Notes under the pieces: generated by a model | What the model was told of the DNA's origin: nothing | What the model saw: the letters and a program-made list of their open reading frames with translations, nothing else | The model's database searches: none | Assembly: GCA_951406725.2 (NCBI GenBank) | Contig: OX597815.1 | Location: 164,176,001 to 164,240,000 of the forward strand | DNA from: Octopus vulgaris | Taxonomy: Eukaryota | Length of the DNA stretch: 64,000 nucleotides | Direction of reading: 5' to 3' | Shown: one piece after another, positions 50,975 through 63,800 of the stretch | How the letters are laid out: every line of letters begins with the position of its first letter | Position numbering within the stretch: position 1 is the first letter of the stretch | Program-made: the position numbers and the translations under genes

Positions 50975-51410
50975 GCTTTCAAATTTTGGCACAAAGCCAG
51001 AAATTTCAGGGAAGGTGCTAAGTCAATTACATCGACACCAATGTTCAGCTGCTACTTATTTCATCGACCCCGAAAGGATGAAAAGCAAAATCGGCCTCGG
51101 TGACATTTGGACCCAACGTATAGACAGACGAAATGCTGCTAAGCATTTTGCCCGGTGTGCTAACGATTCAGCCAGCTCACCGCCATACTTTCTCTATAAA
51201 TGGGTTTCTAATTTTGGTACAGGATCAGCAATTTTAGGGTGGGGGGGTAAGTCAGTTACGTTGAGCTCAGTATTCAACTGGTACTTATTTTATCGACTCC
51301 CGAAAAGATGAAAGGCGAAGTTGATCTCAGTGGTATTTGAACTCAGAAGATAACGATGTATGAAATACCGCTTTGCTGGTGCACTAACAATTCTGCTTGG
51401 TCACCGCCTT
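50975..51410 (-). mobile_element. Two diverged SINE family A copies
   Basis: gaaaggatgaaaagcaaa...gccagctcaccgcc and gaaaagatgaaaggcg...tcaccgcctt. Confidence 0.7.
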
Positions 51411-52713
51411 ATTTCCTCTCGTACATATTTCCATGTGTACTTCTTGCCAGTGAATATTTTATTTCGAGACGTTTACCCAGGTTCACTTGCATCGATTTTG
51501 TACAGTGGTTAACGGTATCTAATGAGATTTGATTTCTCCTTCATCTCCTCCACCAAACATTTAACTTGTCTTTCTTATACCTCAGTATCAAACTCGCTAA
51601 AAAACCTCTACATGATTTCTCTGTATATTGGTTTTACCAACAAGATATCCCTGCAGAGAAAGAAAGGAAACATAGGATACATTATGCCAATAAATAAATA
51701 GATAACGACTATTTATATTATTGTTGCTCTTTAAAAGCGGGCGATGAATTTGCAGAATTGTTAAAGCGTTGAACACGATTAGAATAACATTCTGCCTCTA
51801 TGATTGGAAGAATAATGTGCCAGTTAAGTACGAGGAATGTTGATGGTCTCGACTACACCCCTTCTCTCAAAATTCCCAGCTTTATTCTTAAATCAGAAAC
51901 CAGTATTGTTATCTCCAGGATGGCAGAATCGTTAGCACGCTAAGTGAAATGCTTAGCGGGATTTCATCCGTCTTCATGTTGGGGGAGAATCATAGCCATG
52001 TGTTGAAAGGGGTTTGAATAAATATTGTAACAAAAGCAAAGTGTGGAGGAAATATTAGCCATTTTTCATACTTTCTAGGGGTAAGCAAATCGAAAATAGC
52101 AGTTTGCTACCCAAGAACAAAAATCGGCGATGGACACTAGTTATAATTAATATCTGTCACCTTTGAAAGGTATTGTATATAACAAATATTTTAAGACACA
52201 GGAAAGATCTTTGTATCCAAACCTGAACCAGCAATCTACACCTATAGGATTTTTTATTAATGCTTTCAGTATGCCAGTTAGAATTTCTAGGGTATCTCAT
52301 TTGCTTTTCAAGCGTTGCTATGTCTTAAAAAAAGTCATATTATATTCGTTAAGCTTTATATTTCAAATGCAGAATTCCCATGCATTTCAGATGCATCTCA
52401 TCTATGAATACAGTTGATGGCTTAGATTTCTACATTAAACAAAATAGCTTTTGATCCATTATATGACTTGTAATTCTTAGAATGAACCCGCAATAGCTAT
52501 TTCGCCTTTCATCTCACCGAAACGCACAGAGACCAAACACAATGAAGGATGCATTTACAACCTATCCCATCTTTAAAAAAAAATGTTTGATTGATTATAT
52601 ATTCATATCGTGAATCTTCTCAATCATTAATCACTGAGCAGAACAACACTAACAAACACAACTAATTTAAATTAGAATATCAGTTTTATATTCAAATATT
52701 ACCTCAATTGTGG

Positions 52714-52778
52714 GTTTATAAGTTTTCATATCTTCTGAGCCTGTTTTCTTTTTTGTGTGTGTGTGAGAGAGACATATA

Positions 52779-52830
<52 letters not shown>

Positions 52831-53040
52831 GCGTGCGCGCGCATGTGCGTATGTGTGTGTGTGATTGCGTGCGTGCGTGAATGTGTGTGTTTATAAGTTT
52901 TCATATCTTCTGAGCCTGTTTTCTTCTTTATGTGTGAGAGAGAGATAGACAAGGAGAGAGAGAGAGAGTGAGTGTGTGTGTGTGTGTGCATGCGTGTGCG
53001 TGCATGTGTGTGTGTGCGTGCATGTGTGTGTGTGTGTTTT
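52714..53040. repeat. 175-bp tandem duplication containing (GT)n/(GA)n
   Basis: gtttataagttttcatatcttctgagcctgttttctt at 52714 and 52889. Confidence 0.8.
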
Positions 53041-54234
53041 GCTCGATCACTTTAGATTTGTATCTGTGAGCCAGGCATAGCATATCAGAATAGCGTTAAG
53101 GTGAAAGCGCATTCTGACTCTCCTAGCAATTGGCAATATACACAAGCAACAATACGTGACAGCAGAATTCAAGTGTTAATATTATAATATAGCATCGCTC
53201 ATAATCAATATCTCCATATGCTTGGAAATACACCCGATGAATACAAGATGAAAACGTTGTCTAAATCATACAAAGCTTATCCAAAGTTAAATTTCCAAAA
53301 GAAGAGATTAACTGAGTGATTAAGACAGGGGTGATGGGTTATATCTACTGAAACTAATCTCTGTACTGATCTGATCTACTTGCAACAATTTTGATTTATG
53401 TCGTCTTTCAGGAAACTTTCTGGCAACTGATCAAATATTGGCAGCCCATATCTGTACGTCTGTTGCTCACGTCCGTCACATTAATCTATAAGATGCTTGC
53501 TTTGATTAATACAACAGCCTGTCCTAGTTTTTGAAACATAAATCATCACCTTGCTTATGAACAGTTTCCTTTCAATTGCTTAGTGATCAATTTCATTGAT
53601 ATAATAGTCGGCTTTGCTAATTTAATAAATATTTCGTATGACGGTTGGTCCTGTATTTTATAAATTTTTCAGACACATCAATATGATAGTTAGTCAGGCG
53701 GAGATAATAAGTGGCATGATGTTTCATGTACTGATCAGATATATATAATAATTAATCATACTTATATCACAACCATTTTTAGAACATTATTTGTCAAACA
53801 TTTGACTTTATCATAACAAGTTCAAATCTCAGAATTCCAATCTCGAACACTGATGGAAATTATATCAATATTTTTCGATCTTCACACATATATAAAAGGA
53901 AATAAAATCAATAAATACAGATAGTGATGCAATACACAATAGAAATAGTTTCGCCCACACATATTCAAATAAAAGCTGAAATTGCTCCAATTTTTTTTTG
54001 TTTTTGTTTTGTTTTTTGTAATTTGTGGTAACTCCTTGTAAAGAAATTTCCTACGCTTCTACTCTATTCGATATCAAACAGTTGTTATGGGTATATATTT
54101 TATTAATTCGGAACAGACAAGATGGTCAAGACAAACAACAGTCAAGGTTTGGCCTCTTTGTTGCTCGTCGACCTAGAAAGGTTGCAGTCGTAATAATAAT
54201 AGTGATATTGATAATAATAATAATAATAATAATA

Positions 54235-54285
<51 letters not shown>

Positions 54286-54728
54286 ACAATAATCTGCTCA
54301 ATACAACAGATTTGCTTATCTGTTGCTTTACATTAACCAGTTGAGCAGGTCCCTTAGTGGCTGACGTTATGTACATCCCTGATTACAAGCAGAAGTAGTT
54401 GGGAAGCCTCATAGCCATGGGTTGAGAGGAATTCTTTGGGGTTTGGATAATTCACCTCTAGAAACATGAATGTTTCGTTCAACATCCTTAAACAACCCTT
54501 ATTCAGAGACCTTTCAAGCGGTATGGGCTATTCTAACTGGGCCCCACTTGCAAGGTCATGTACATATGGTTGTGGTGCATGTGCCTGGTGTGCCATTATC
54601 AGACGGGTAGTCATAATGCGTATATTGGGCTTCGTATATTTGTACTCCAGTGTCATTTTAATGGCATGCTTTGGTCTCTCAATCACTCAATAATTTTCGC
54701 TCCCACAACAACAAAAATGAACACACAC

Positions 54729-54774
<46 letters not shown>

Positions 54775-55280
54775 CAAGACTACAAGATACCAATCCCCAC
54801 ACTATATAGTCAATCTATGTACCTGTTGAAAACACAGAATCGAATGCTTTTTCCAGATCGCAGCCTGCGATACGTGGGCGAAAAAGGAGAAAAGCCAACA
54901 CAGAAATATATAAGACGTTGTTGGCTTAGAAAGCGCTGGATGGCCACAACCGAAAGTCATAAGAAGCTACGTTAGTTGAAGGATAACATGTGACCAAATA
55001 CCAATTAAAATCAACAATAGCAACACCATCATCATCTCTTGAAATTTGATATAACATTCCATCTAGAGCACTGGCATTCTTTTTTTTTTTTTATGTAAAA
55101 GACATGAACATGAAGCCAACATATCATTACTGTAAAAGGTTATTTAATATCAGGTAAAATTGCGGAAAAGGTTATGCGAACTAGTTTCATCACATGTAAA
55201 TGCATGCAAAGCACGTTTTTTTTTCTTATTTAATTAAAGACATACATTGATACATATACATACATAAATACACTCACACA

Positions 55281-55380
55281 NNNNNNNNNNNNNNNNNNNN
55301 NNNNNNNNNNNNNNNNNNNNNNNNNNNNNNNNNNNNNNNNNNNNNNNNNNNNNNNNNNNNNNNNNNNNNNNNNNNNNNNN
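55281..55380. other. Assembly gap (100 N)
   Basis: Run of N. Confidence 1.
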
Positions 55381-55755
55381 AGGTTTCTCTTCAACATTTG
55401 TTTACATTGAACTTCGAAAAAATCTGTTCCAGTTATGATAAAGAGACATCATTGCAATACTTTTAGTTTTCAATTTCTTGCGTTTTCTTTTTAGCTAATA
55501 ATATCGATATGTGAGCTTATCTGATCTTAGTAATGGTGGGCAGGACAAACTAGTGGTCTTTTGAAATTTCTCGAGTCACAGCTCCTTTCTCCAGCGTTCA
55601 CCACTTCAACTCGTTATGGCTTAACAGCTCTCACCGCTTGTTTTTACTGCTTTGTTTTTATTCTCCTGTTTTTGTTGCCACTTTAACCCTCCGCAAAAAT
55701 CCCAAATTTTATTTAATTTGCTTTGTGGGAAGGACTGTATATAGGCATATAGATT

Positions 55756-55851
<96 letters not shown>

Positions 55852-56823
55852 TACATACAGATATGTACATACCTACATATATATGTATATATACATGCAT
55901 ATATGTGTACAGAACGTAACAAAAACGTGAACAAGATGAAAAACGAGAACATAAAAAACAAAAAAAATATGGAAAACGAATCTTGTTTTCGGACAACGAA
56001 AGAAACAAATAGAGAAACGAGACAGGCAACATAAAGAACAATCCGTTGTCCTTGGGCAAGTGTCTTCTACTATAGCCTCGGGCCGACCAAAGCCTTGTGA
56101 GTGGATTTTGTAGACGGAAACTGAAAGAAGCCCGTCGTATATATGTATATATATATATGTATATATGTGTGCGTGCGTGTTTGTGTTTGTCCCCCTAGCA
56201 TTGCTTGACAACCGATGCTGGTGTGTTTATGTCCCGTCACTTATGCATATATGGTTACAGGATGTCACAAACAGTAAACAACATCAAATACGAAAACAAA
56301 TGAGTTGAATACGCAAACAACGAGAGTAACAATTGGAAAACAGAACAAGCAACATAAAGAACGACCCTTCACCAGTTGTCGGCTGTCTATCTACTCCTCA
56401 TTTCGAGCATTGAACGACAATTTGAGACTTCGAATGCAGTTACTCCCACAAATACCAAAATAAATGATTTTATCGGACTGATTTCCCTTGGCTATTGGTT
56501 TTATATTTAAAATATCATACTAGAGGATCTTTTGTCTATTAATTTCGTGCATAATCTCAGTTAATCAAAGATATTCAACTAACAATATTAAATATATGAG
56601 ACTTTGCTATTGTTGTATGTAGTGTATAGAATACTTCCTCGAGGTATTTCCCTTAAAGTGATTGCTAATTTTATTCATATTTGGATTCCCAAATATAGTA
56701 ACACAAACACACACACGCACATGCATACATATATATATATATATATGTATACACATACATACATATATGCGTATATATATATATACATACATACATACAT
56801 ACATACATACATACATACATACA

Positions 56824-56855
<32 letters not shown>

Positions 56856-56966
56856 CTTATGTATGTATATAATGTATATAAAAAATACATGGATATATAC
56901 ATACATAATATACATAACATATAAATGTGTAGAGAAATGAAGATTTCCATAATGTATACACACACA

Positions 56967-57046
<80 letters not shown>

Positions 57047-57474
57047 CATATTCATACATGTGTATCTGAATACATATGTGTACTTACATATCATATAATA
57101 TATGTGTGTGTATATATACAAATATATTTGTGTGTATATACATGTATATATGTATGTGTCATGTATATATTTACGTGCGTGTACGCGTGCGTGTACGCGT
57201 GCGTGTGTGTGCCCCGCGCGTAAAAATGTTCGTGTGAATATCCAAGAATTATGCGTAGGCAAGTTCAATGTATAATGTAAGTGTATTTATGTCAATATAT
57301 ATAAATGTGTGTATGTGTATATATATATATATACAAGCACACATATACATACATGTGACGCTCTCTCTATATATATATACATATATACTTACATATTTAT
57401 CCGTAAATGTAATATGTGACTATTATTCGGTAGCCATGATAAAACTTCGAGTTTTGGATGCCGAGGTGGAAATC

Positions 57475-57710
57475 CACGCCGCCATTTCTTCAGTTATATG
57501 GTCATTAAAAGATAAAGGTGTCAGTTACAACATCCATTGGAAGATCTTAGCCAAATGTAAGCCCTCTACCAACGCCAGTGGAAAGTGTAGTCTATGTGAT
57601 ATGGAAAGATGGCTCATCTGGAAAAGCAGCTTAGCCCCCGCTACATGCCTAAATTCAAGAACTGAACTTTTCGGATCATGCCCATACGTGGCCAAATATT
57701 TGTTACGCTT
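57475..57710 (+). pseudogene. Penelope-like element GIY-YIG endonuclease C-terminal remnant
   Basis: ISSVIWSLKDKGVSYNIHWKILAKCKP...CSLCDMERWLI...LNSRTELFGSCPY.AKYLL fits the PLE pattern IW.LK...I.W.IL...C.LC..EK..I...LN.R.E...C.H..K.LL. Confidence 0.75.
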
Positions 57711-58179
57711 TTGGTCCCCCCCGAGACTACAGATAGAACTTGCTTTCAATATTGTGTATACGCACAAGCTTTTTATCTCTTTATACCTTTTACTTATATT
57801 TCTTATATATTTTTATTTATATTTTTTATACATATATTTCTTACATATTTATAGAGGTTTATTGCTTATACATTTTTACACATATTTTTTCTGTATTCTA
57901 CCTTCCACCCTGCATTTTTCCCTGTGCGTATTTAGACGTGTATATGGAATCTATTGTGCGCGCGTGTGGATGTGTGCGTCTGTGAGGGTATATGCGTATA
58001 TAGATTTGTGCGTGTGTGCGTGCATGCGAGTACGTGCGTATATAGACGTATTTTAGTGTTTTTACACATTTTCCTGTATTTTTGCCCTTAGCCCTGTTTT
58101 TTCTTGTCTATGTGCGCACACAGACGTATGTATGATCCCTTTTGTGCGTGCGTGCGTGTGTGTGTGCGCATATAGCCCT

Positions 58180-60566
58180 TGATGTAACAGGTGCGGAAGT
58201 ACACATACCAGAGTATGCTGTACTTCGTACAGTCAGAAGAGAAGGAAGTCACGGCGGAGTTGCTATGTACGTCCGTGAAGACGTCAAACCTCTTGTATTA
58301 TTGTAACATTCAAACTTAGTTTGTGACACCTTAATAATACATGTAATACAAGCTGATGTAGCTATATACACAATATATCGTCCGCCGAATACCACAATAT
58401 ATGATGGAAAATTTGAGAATAGCCTCAAAGACATTGAAGAGGTATTAACAAACCTAGATCAGAACCTCAACATACTCTTCCTGGGTGATTTCAACTTCCC
58501 ACATGTCAAAGGGCCAGAAAGCCACATCTTCTCTGGGAACAAAAGCACGTAGGGTCATTATTTGAACTTACTAAGCTGTTCATGGAGCAGGTGATACTCA
58601 GACCAACTAGTGGGGAACAACATATTGGACCTATTCTTCACAAATAATGTGGACCTTATCCATAACGTGAAGGTGACACCAACGGCACTCTCAGACCACG
58701 ACATTGTTGAACTAACTATGTATGATGCTTTGCAAACTGTTGGTATCTACCCTATCAAGAGGGCTCGAGCCTTATCCAACCTGAATTTTCATAAGGCGAA
58801 ATGGGAATCGATCCACAAAGAGATCCACAAACGAAACTAGTCCAAAATTCTTTGTATGCAAGACATTGATCTGAAACTCAGCCAGTTTATGTCAACAGTG
58901 CAAGCTATATGCACTAAATATATCCCAGAAAGAAAAGCCAGCACACCGTCAAGCAAGATTCCCAGGGACAGAAAAATTGTCATGGGACGTTTGTCGAAGA
59001 TCTCAAGCGGCTGAATAGACAACTGACGGATAGAGAGAAGTCTGTCTTAACACGGATTCTCATAGAAATTGAAAGCAAGATCAAACTGTCATGGAAGGAA
59101 AGGAAAAGAGAGAGAGAGAGAGTGAGAGAGAGAGAGAAGGGCTGTGGAAAACATAAAAACAAATCTCAATGCTTTCTATAAGTTCGCAAAGGAAACAGCT
59201 ACAATACAATATAAAATAGGACCATTGTTTCAAGAAAATGACTCACTGACAGCAGACCCAGGAAGAATAAGTGAGATACTCAGTGAACAATTTAAAAGTG
59301 TCTTCACTTCCCCCCTTGGACACATGCAGATGAAAAATCCAGCTGAATTCTTTGATATTGCAACTCTAAAAAAGGAGGCGCCAGCCATCGATTACATCAA
59401 CATTGAGGAAGCATATATAACAGCGGCCATAGATGAAATGAGTTCAAGCTCCGCCACTAGTTTTGATGGCTTCCCAGCTTTTCTCCTAAAGTAAGGAGGC
59501 TTTAACGAAACTCCTTCAGATACTTTTCCAAAGTTTCCTTGCAAGTGTTATACTTCCTAAAAATCTGAAAGAAGGTATTATATGTCCTATTCACAAAGGT
59601 GGAAGCAGAGCAGAGGCCAAAAGCTACAAGCCAATCTCTCTGACTTTGCATATCAGTAAAGTCATGGAGCAAATCATCAGAAAGAAGTTGATAATGTTCC
59701 TAGAAGAAAATGACCAACTGAACAATACTCAGCATGGCTTCTGCCCAGGAAGAAGCTGCCTCACATAGTTCTTTCAGTGCTATGACTGGGTTTTGAAACA
59801 GCGGCTTGACCATTCAGATGTCAGTGTGATATACCTTGAGTTTTTAGTCAAGACTTGGGTATCAGCATGTGCAATGGCACATCATTTCATATGCACATAA
59901 GCAAGATGACAGGATAAATACTGAGGTCCTTCAAGACAAATTATGTTGACCCTGTGGAGAATCTTTGTTCTCAGCCGCCTGGACTACTGTTCCTAGTTAT
60001 GGTCACCACATAGTGCCAAACTAATAGCGGAGCTTGAAGCAGTCCAACGCCACAAACACTAAAAAGATTGAAACAGTGAAGTAGATGAGCTATAGGGATA
60101 GGTTGAGAAAACTACAGCTCCACTCCTTGGAGCGAAGTCGTAATAGATACGTAATAATATACATATAGAAAATCCTAGAAGGACTACTACCTAGCTTTGG
60201 CATTGAGTGTTATACAAATGCCTGAACGGGTCGCCATTGTATTGTACTAAAGGTACCCGTCAGTTCCATCTAAATTCAGGACCAGGTATTGCAATAGTCT
60301 AGGGTTCAAAGGCCCAAAGCCTTTCAATGCTCTGCCACAAAAATTAAGAAATTTGCAAAAGGTGGAAGTAGATATCTTCAAAAACGAATTAGACATTCTC
60401 CTCTCCACAATAACCAAGAGCTCGACAAGGTACAGACAAGGGCGGCGGAATCAAACTCAATTATACATCACTTGTACCAACAGCTGGGATAAAGGCACAT
60501 ACAGGAGCGGTGACGTGAAACAGCCAGGCTGGGAAAGTCAGAAAGATCATGGCTGAAACGAGTAAA

Positions 60567-60570
<4 letters not shown>
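58180..60570 (+). pseudogene. Decayed CR1/L2-group LINE ORF2 with internal RT deletion
   Basis: GGVAMYV, IYRPP, LGDFNFP, NILDLFFTN, SDHD, YKPISLT, QHGF, VIYL, then a jump to DLGI and LDYCS; many stops and frameshifts; ends at (TA)n. Confidence 0.85.
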
Positions 60571-60622
<52 letters not shown>

Positions 60623-60968
60623 ATGTATAATTAAAATGTATATATTTATATAGCGTATGTTTGTGTGTCTGCGTTTGCCCCCCCCCCCGCCATCGCTTGA
60701 CAACCGATGTTGGTGTCTTTATGTCACCGTAACTTAGCCGGTTCGGCAAAAATCTGATAGAATAAGTACTTGGCTTACAAAGAATAAGTACTGGGGTCGA
60801 TTTGCTCGACTAAAGTTGATGCTCCAGCATGGCCGCAGTCAAATGACTGAAACAAATAAAAGAATTACATATATATATATATATATTCTTGTGTTTATAT
60901 ATATATATATATATTTATATATCTATATATTCTTCTGTTATTTATATATTTATATATCTATCTATCTA

Positions 60969-61029
<61 letters not shown>

Positions 61030-61978
61030 GTGGGTGGGTGTACACTTAATGGAATTTTTAATTAGAATTTATGTGATGTCTTATCAAGCTGGTCTTTAAG
61101 AGTTGGTTGTTTTATTTTGGCAAGACAATTCCCGCGTTCTATACGTGTTGTCGAATACGATAATTGCTTCCTCAAAGTTCAAGATCAAAAGACAAATTGC
61201 TCTTTCGCAAATCTCAGACGTCAACATTTAAGCCATTCTAGAAAAAATTAGTACCGACTACTATAGAAAAAAAAAGCCAAAAAGATTTTAAAAAACTGGA
61301 TTAATAAATCATGTAGAAATTACACATTTTGTTTCTTTGTTTTGTACTTTAGATTGGTATCTGGTGTTGTTGGTGTTGGTGTTGTTGTTGTTGTTGTTGT
61401 CGTTGTTGTCATCGATAATGTTCGGTTTCCATTTATTTCAACAATCAGTTGTTTCTCATTTCTATTTTACATCATTACTCCGTTTTATTCTCAATCTCAA
61501 ATGTAAGAAAAGAAGAGACAAAGAGGCAAAGTGAAGCAATGGCAACTAACGCATAAAATTCACACGTGAGAGACAGTGAGAGAGAGAGACAGAGGGAGAG
61601 AGAGAAAGAAAGAGGGAGAGAGACAGAAAGAGGGAGAGAGAGAGAAAGAGGGAGAGAGAGATAAAAATATATATAAATGTGTGTGTATACTTATATGTAT
61701 GTATATATGTATACATAAACGAATGTATGTATATATATGTGTGTGTTTGTATACATGCGTGTATATATATATGTATGTATAAAAATATATATGTATGAAT
61801 TAATATATATATATATGTATATATGCATATACATATGTATATGTATACATATATATATGTATATATACATATGTATATATATATGTATGTATATGTCTAT
61901 ATATATATGTATGTATGTATATGTATATATACATTTTGCTATACATATGTATATATATATATGCACATTAACATATTT

Positions 61979-62029
<51 letters not shown>

Positions 62030-62777
62030 TATATATATAGCATATATATGATATATATAGGAAGGGAAGATAGTGTGAGAAGGAAAAAGAGAAAAAGAAA
62101 TAGTGTGTAATTTTGGTACATAACTACTTATAGCGATCGATAATTTTCCTTCGGTGGAAGAGAGTGGAAGGTGATTGCTTTTCTTCATGGAGAAATATTT
62201 GCAAGTGGTTACAACTAGGTTAATTATCTGCACTCGTACACAGAGCTATGATGAGCCGAGAGAAGCACTCATTCAAATTAACAGTAAGTTACACACGTGT
62301 ACGCATCCTAAAAATTAAAGGGTGACTGGCACAAAACGGGAAATAAAACTGGGCGAGAAAAAAGACAGGGGGAGAGAGTTTGAGAAAGGGAGAGAGAAAG
62401 AGATTCTGTGAAGAGGATGTACAAACAGAGTTATCTCTCCTGGATGTGTGAAGGATTATATCTCTCCTAGAAGCTTATTCTTTCGTTGGCGAGGCATATG
62501 ACATATCAAGTAAATAAGTCATATATACATAGAGATATATAGATAGATAGATTAATGAAGATGTATGTACATATAGCAATAATAATTCTCTAAAAGGGAT
62601 ATAGACAGTAACTGCTCGATAACATAAGGGACTAAAGCCATCTGAATATGGCTAGGGACAGGGCAGGGTGGTGGGGGTGTTACTGTTGCATTTAGCCCCA
62701 GGCGAACATCGACGTCACCAGAAAGGCTCGACACCGTCACGGTGCCCTAAACCTGCAAAGGGAGGTAATTCCCCGAT

Positions 62778-62851
62778 GAAGCGGAAACCACACACGGACC
62801 ATGGTTTCAAGGTGTATTGCCTATCATCGGCGTGTGGTAGGCCTCCGCTTC
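62778..62851 (-). ncRNA. Type I hammerhead ribozyme, copy 1 (predicted cut between 62797 and 62796)
   Basis: GAAGCGGAGGCC-tac-CACACG CCGATGA t-AGG-caataca-CCT-t GAA ACCATGGT C CGTGTG-t-GGTTTCCGCTTC. Confidence 0.75.
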
Positions 62852-63136
62852 CTCGACGAATTCTCACTATGCAGGATTTCTTATATAGATTTTCAAGCAA
62901 AATACATTTGCTGATTTCGAAAATCTGTTCGAAAGCAATAATAATTCTCTAAAAGGGATATAGACAGTAACTGCTCGATAACATAAGGGACTAAAGCCAT
63001 CTGAATATGGCTAGGGACAGGGCAGGGTGGTGGGGGTGTTACTGTTGCATTTAGCCCCAGGCGAACATCGACGTCACCAGAAAGGCTCGACACCGTCACG
63101 GTGCCCTAAACCTGCAAAGGGAGGTAATTCCCCGAT

Positions 63137-63210
63137 GAAGCGGAAACCACACACGGACCATGGTTTCAAGGTGTATTGCCTATCATCGGCGTGTGGTAGG
63201 CCTCCGCTTC
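63137..63210 (-). ncRNA. Type I hammerhead ribozyme, copy 2
   Basis: Identical to copy 1, 359 bp away. Confidence 0.75.
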
Positions 63211-63495
63211 CTCGACGAATTCTCACTATGCAGGATTTCTTATATAGATTTTCAAGCAAAATACATTTGCTGATTTCGAAAATCTGTTCGAAAGCAATAA
63301 TAATTCTCTAAAAGGAATATAGACAGTAACTGCTCGACAACATAAGGGACTAAAGCCATCTGAATATGGCTAGGGACAGGGCAGGGTGGTGGGGGTGTTA
63401 CTGTTGCATTTAGCCCCAGGCGAACATCGACGTCACCAGAAAGGCTCGACACCGTCACGGTGCCCTAAACCTGCAAAGGGAGGTAATTCCCCGAT

Positions 63496-63569
63496 GAAGC
63501 GGAAACCACACACGGACCATGGTTTCAAGGTGTATTGCCTATCATCGGCGTGTGGTAGGCCTCCGCTTC
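63496..63569 (-). ncRNA. Type I hammerhead ribozyme, copy 3
   Basis: Identical to copy 1. Confidence 0.75.
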
Positions 63570-63726
63570 CTCGACGAATTCTCTCTCTGCAGGATTTTCT
63601 TATATAGATTTTCAAGCAAAATACATTTGCTGATTTCGAAAATCTGTTCGAAAGCAATAATAATTCTCTAAAAGGTTTGCTTGAAAATCTATATAAGAAA
63701 ATCCTGCAGAGAGAGAATTCGTCGAG

Positions 63727-63800
63727 GAAGCGGAGGCCTACCACACGCCGATGATAGGCAATACACCTTGAAACCATGGTCCGTGTGTGGTTTCCGCTTC
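63727..63800 (+). ncRNA. Type I hammerhead ribozyme, copy 4 (inverted; predicted cut after C63781)
   Basis: Core CCGATGA at 63748-63754, GAAA at 63770-63773, GTC at 63779-63781; stem I CACACG/CGTGTG. Confidence 0.75.

Noticed and set aside
53412-53535. Possible terminal MARCH exon after gtctttcag (ETFWQLIKYWQPISVRLL...)
   Set aside because: It lacks the expected (V)S.RYH...W...N..V motif of the MARCH2/3 C-terminus.
62773-62808. Second hammerhead-like string on the opposite strand of the unit (CCGATGA agcg GAAACCA...TGGTTTC)
   Set aside because: There is no stem II, and stem I cannot form (aattcc vs tcaagg).
62575-63652. Array as 5S, snRNA or SL RNA genes, CRISPR, or twister/HDV ribozyme
   Set aside because: No match to 5S or snRNA consensus and no unique spacers; the twister and HDV pairings could not be completed.
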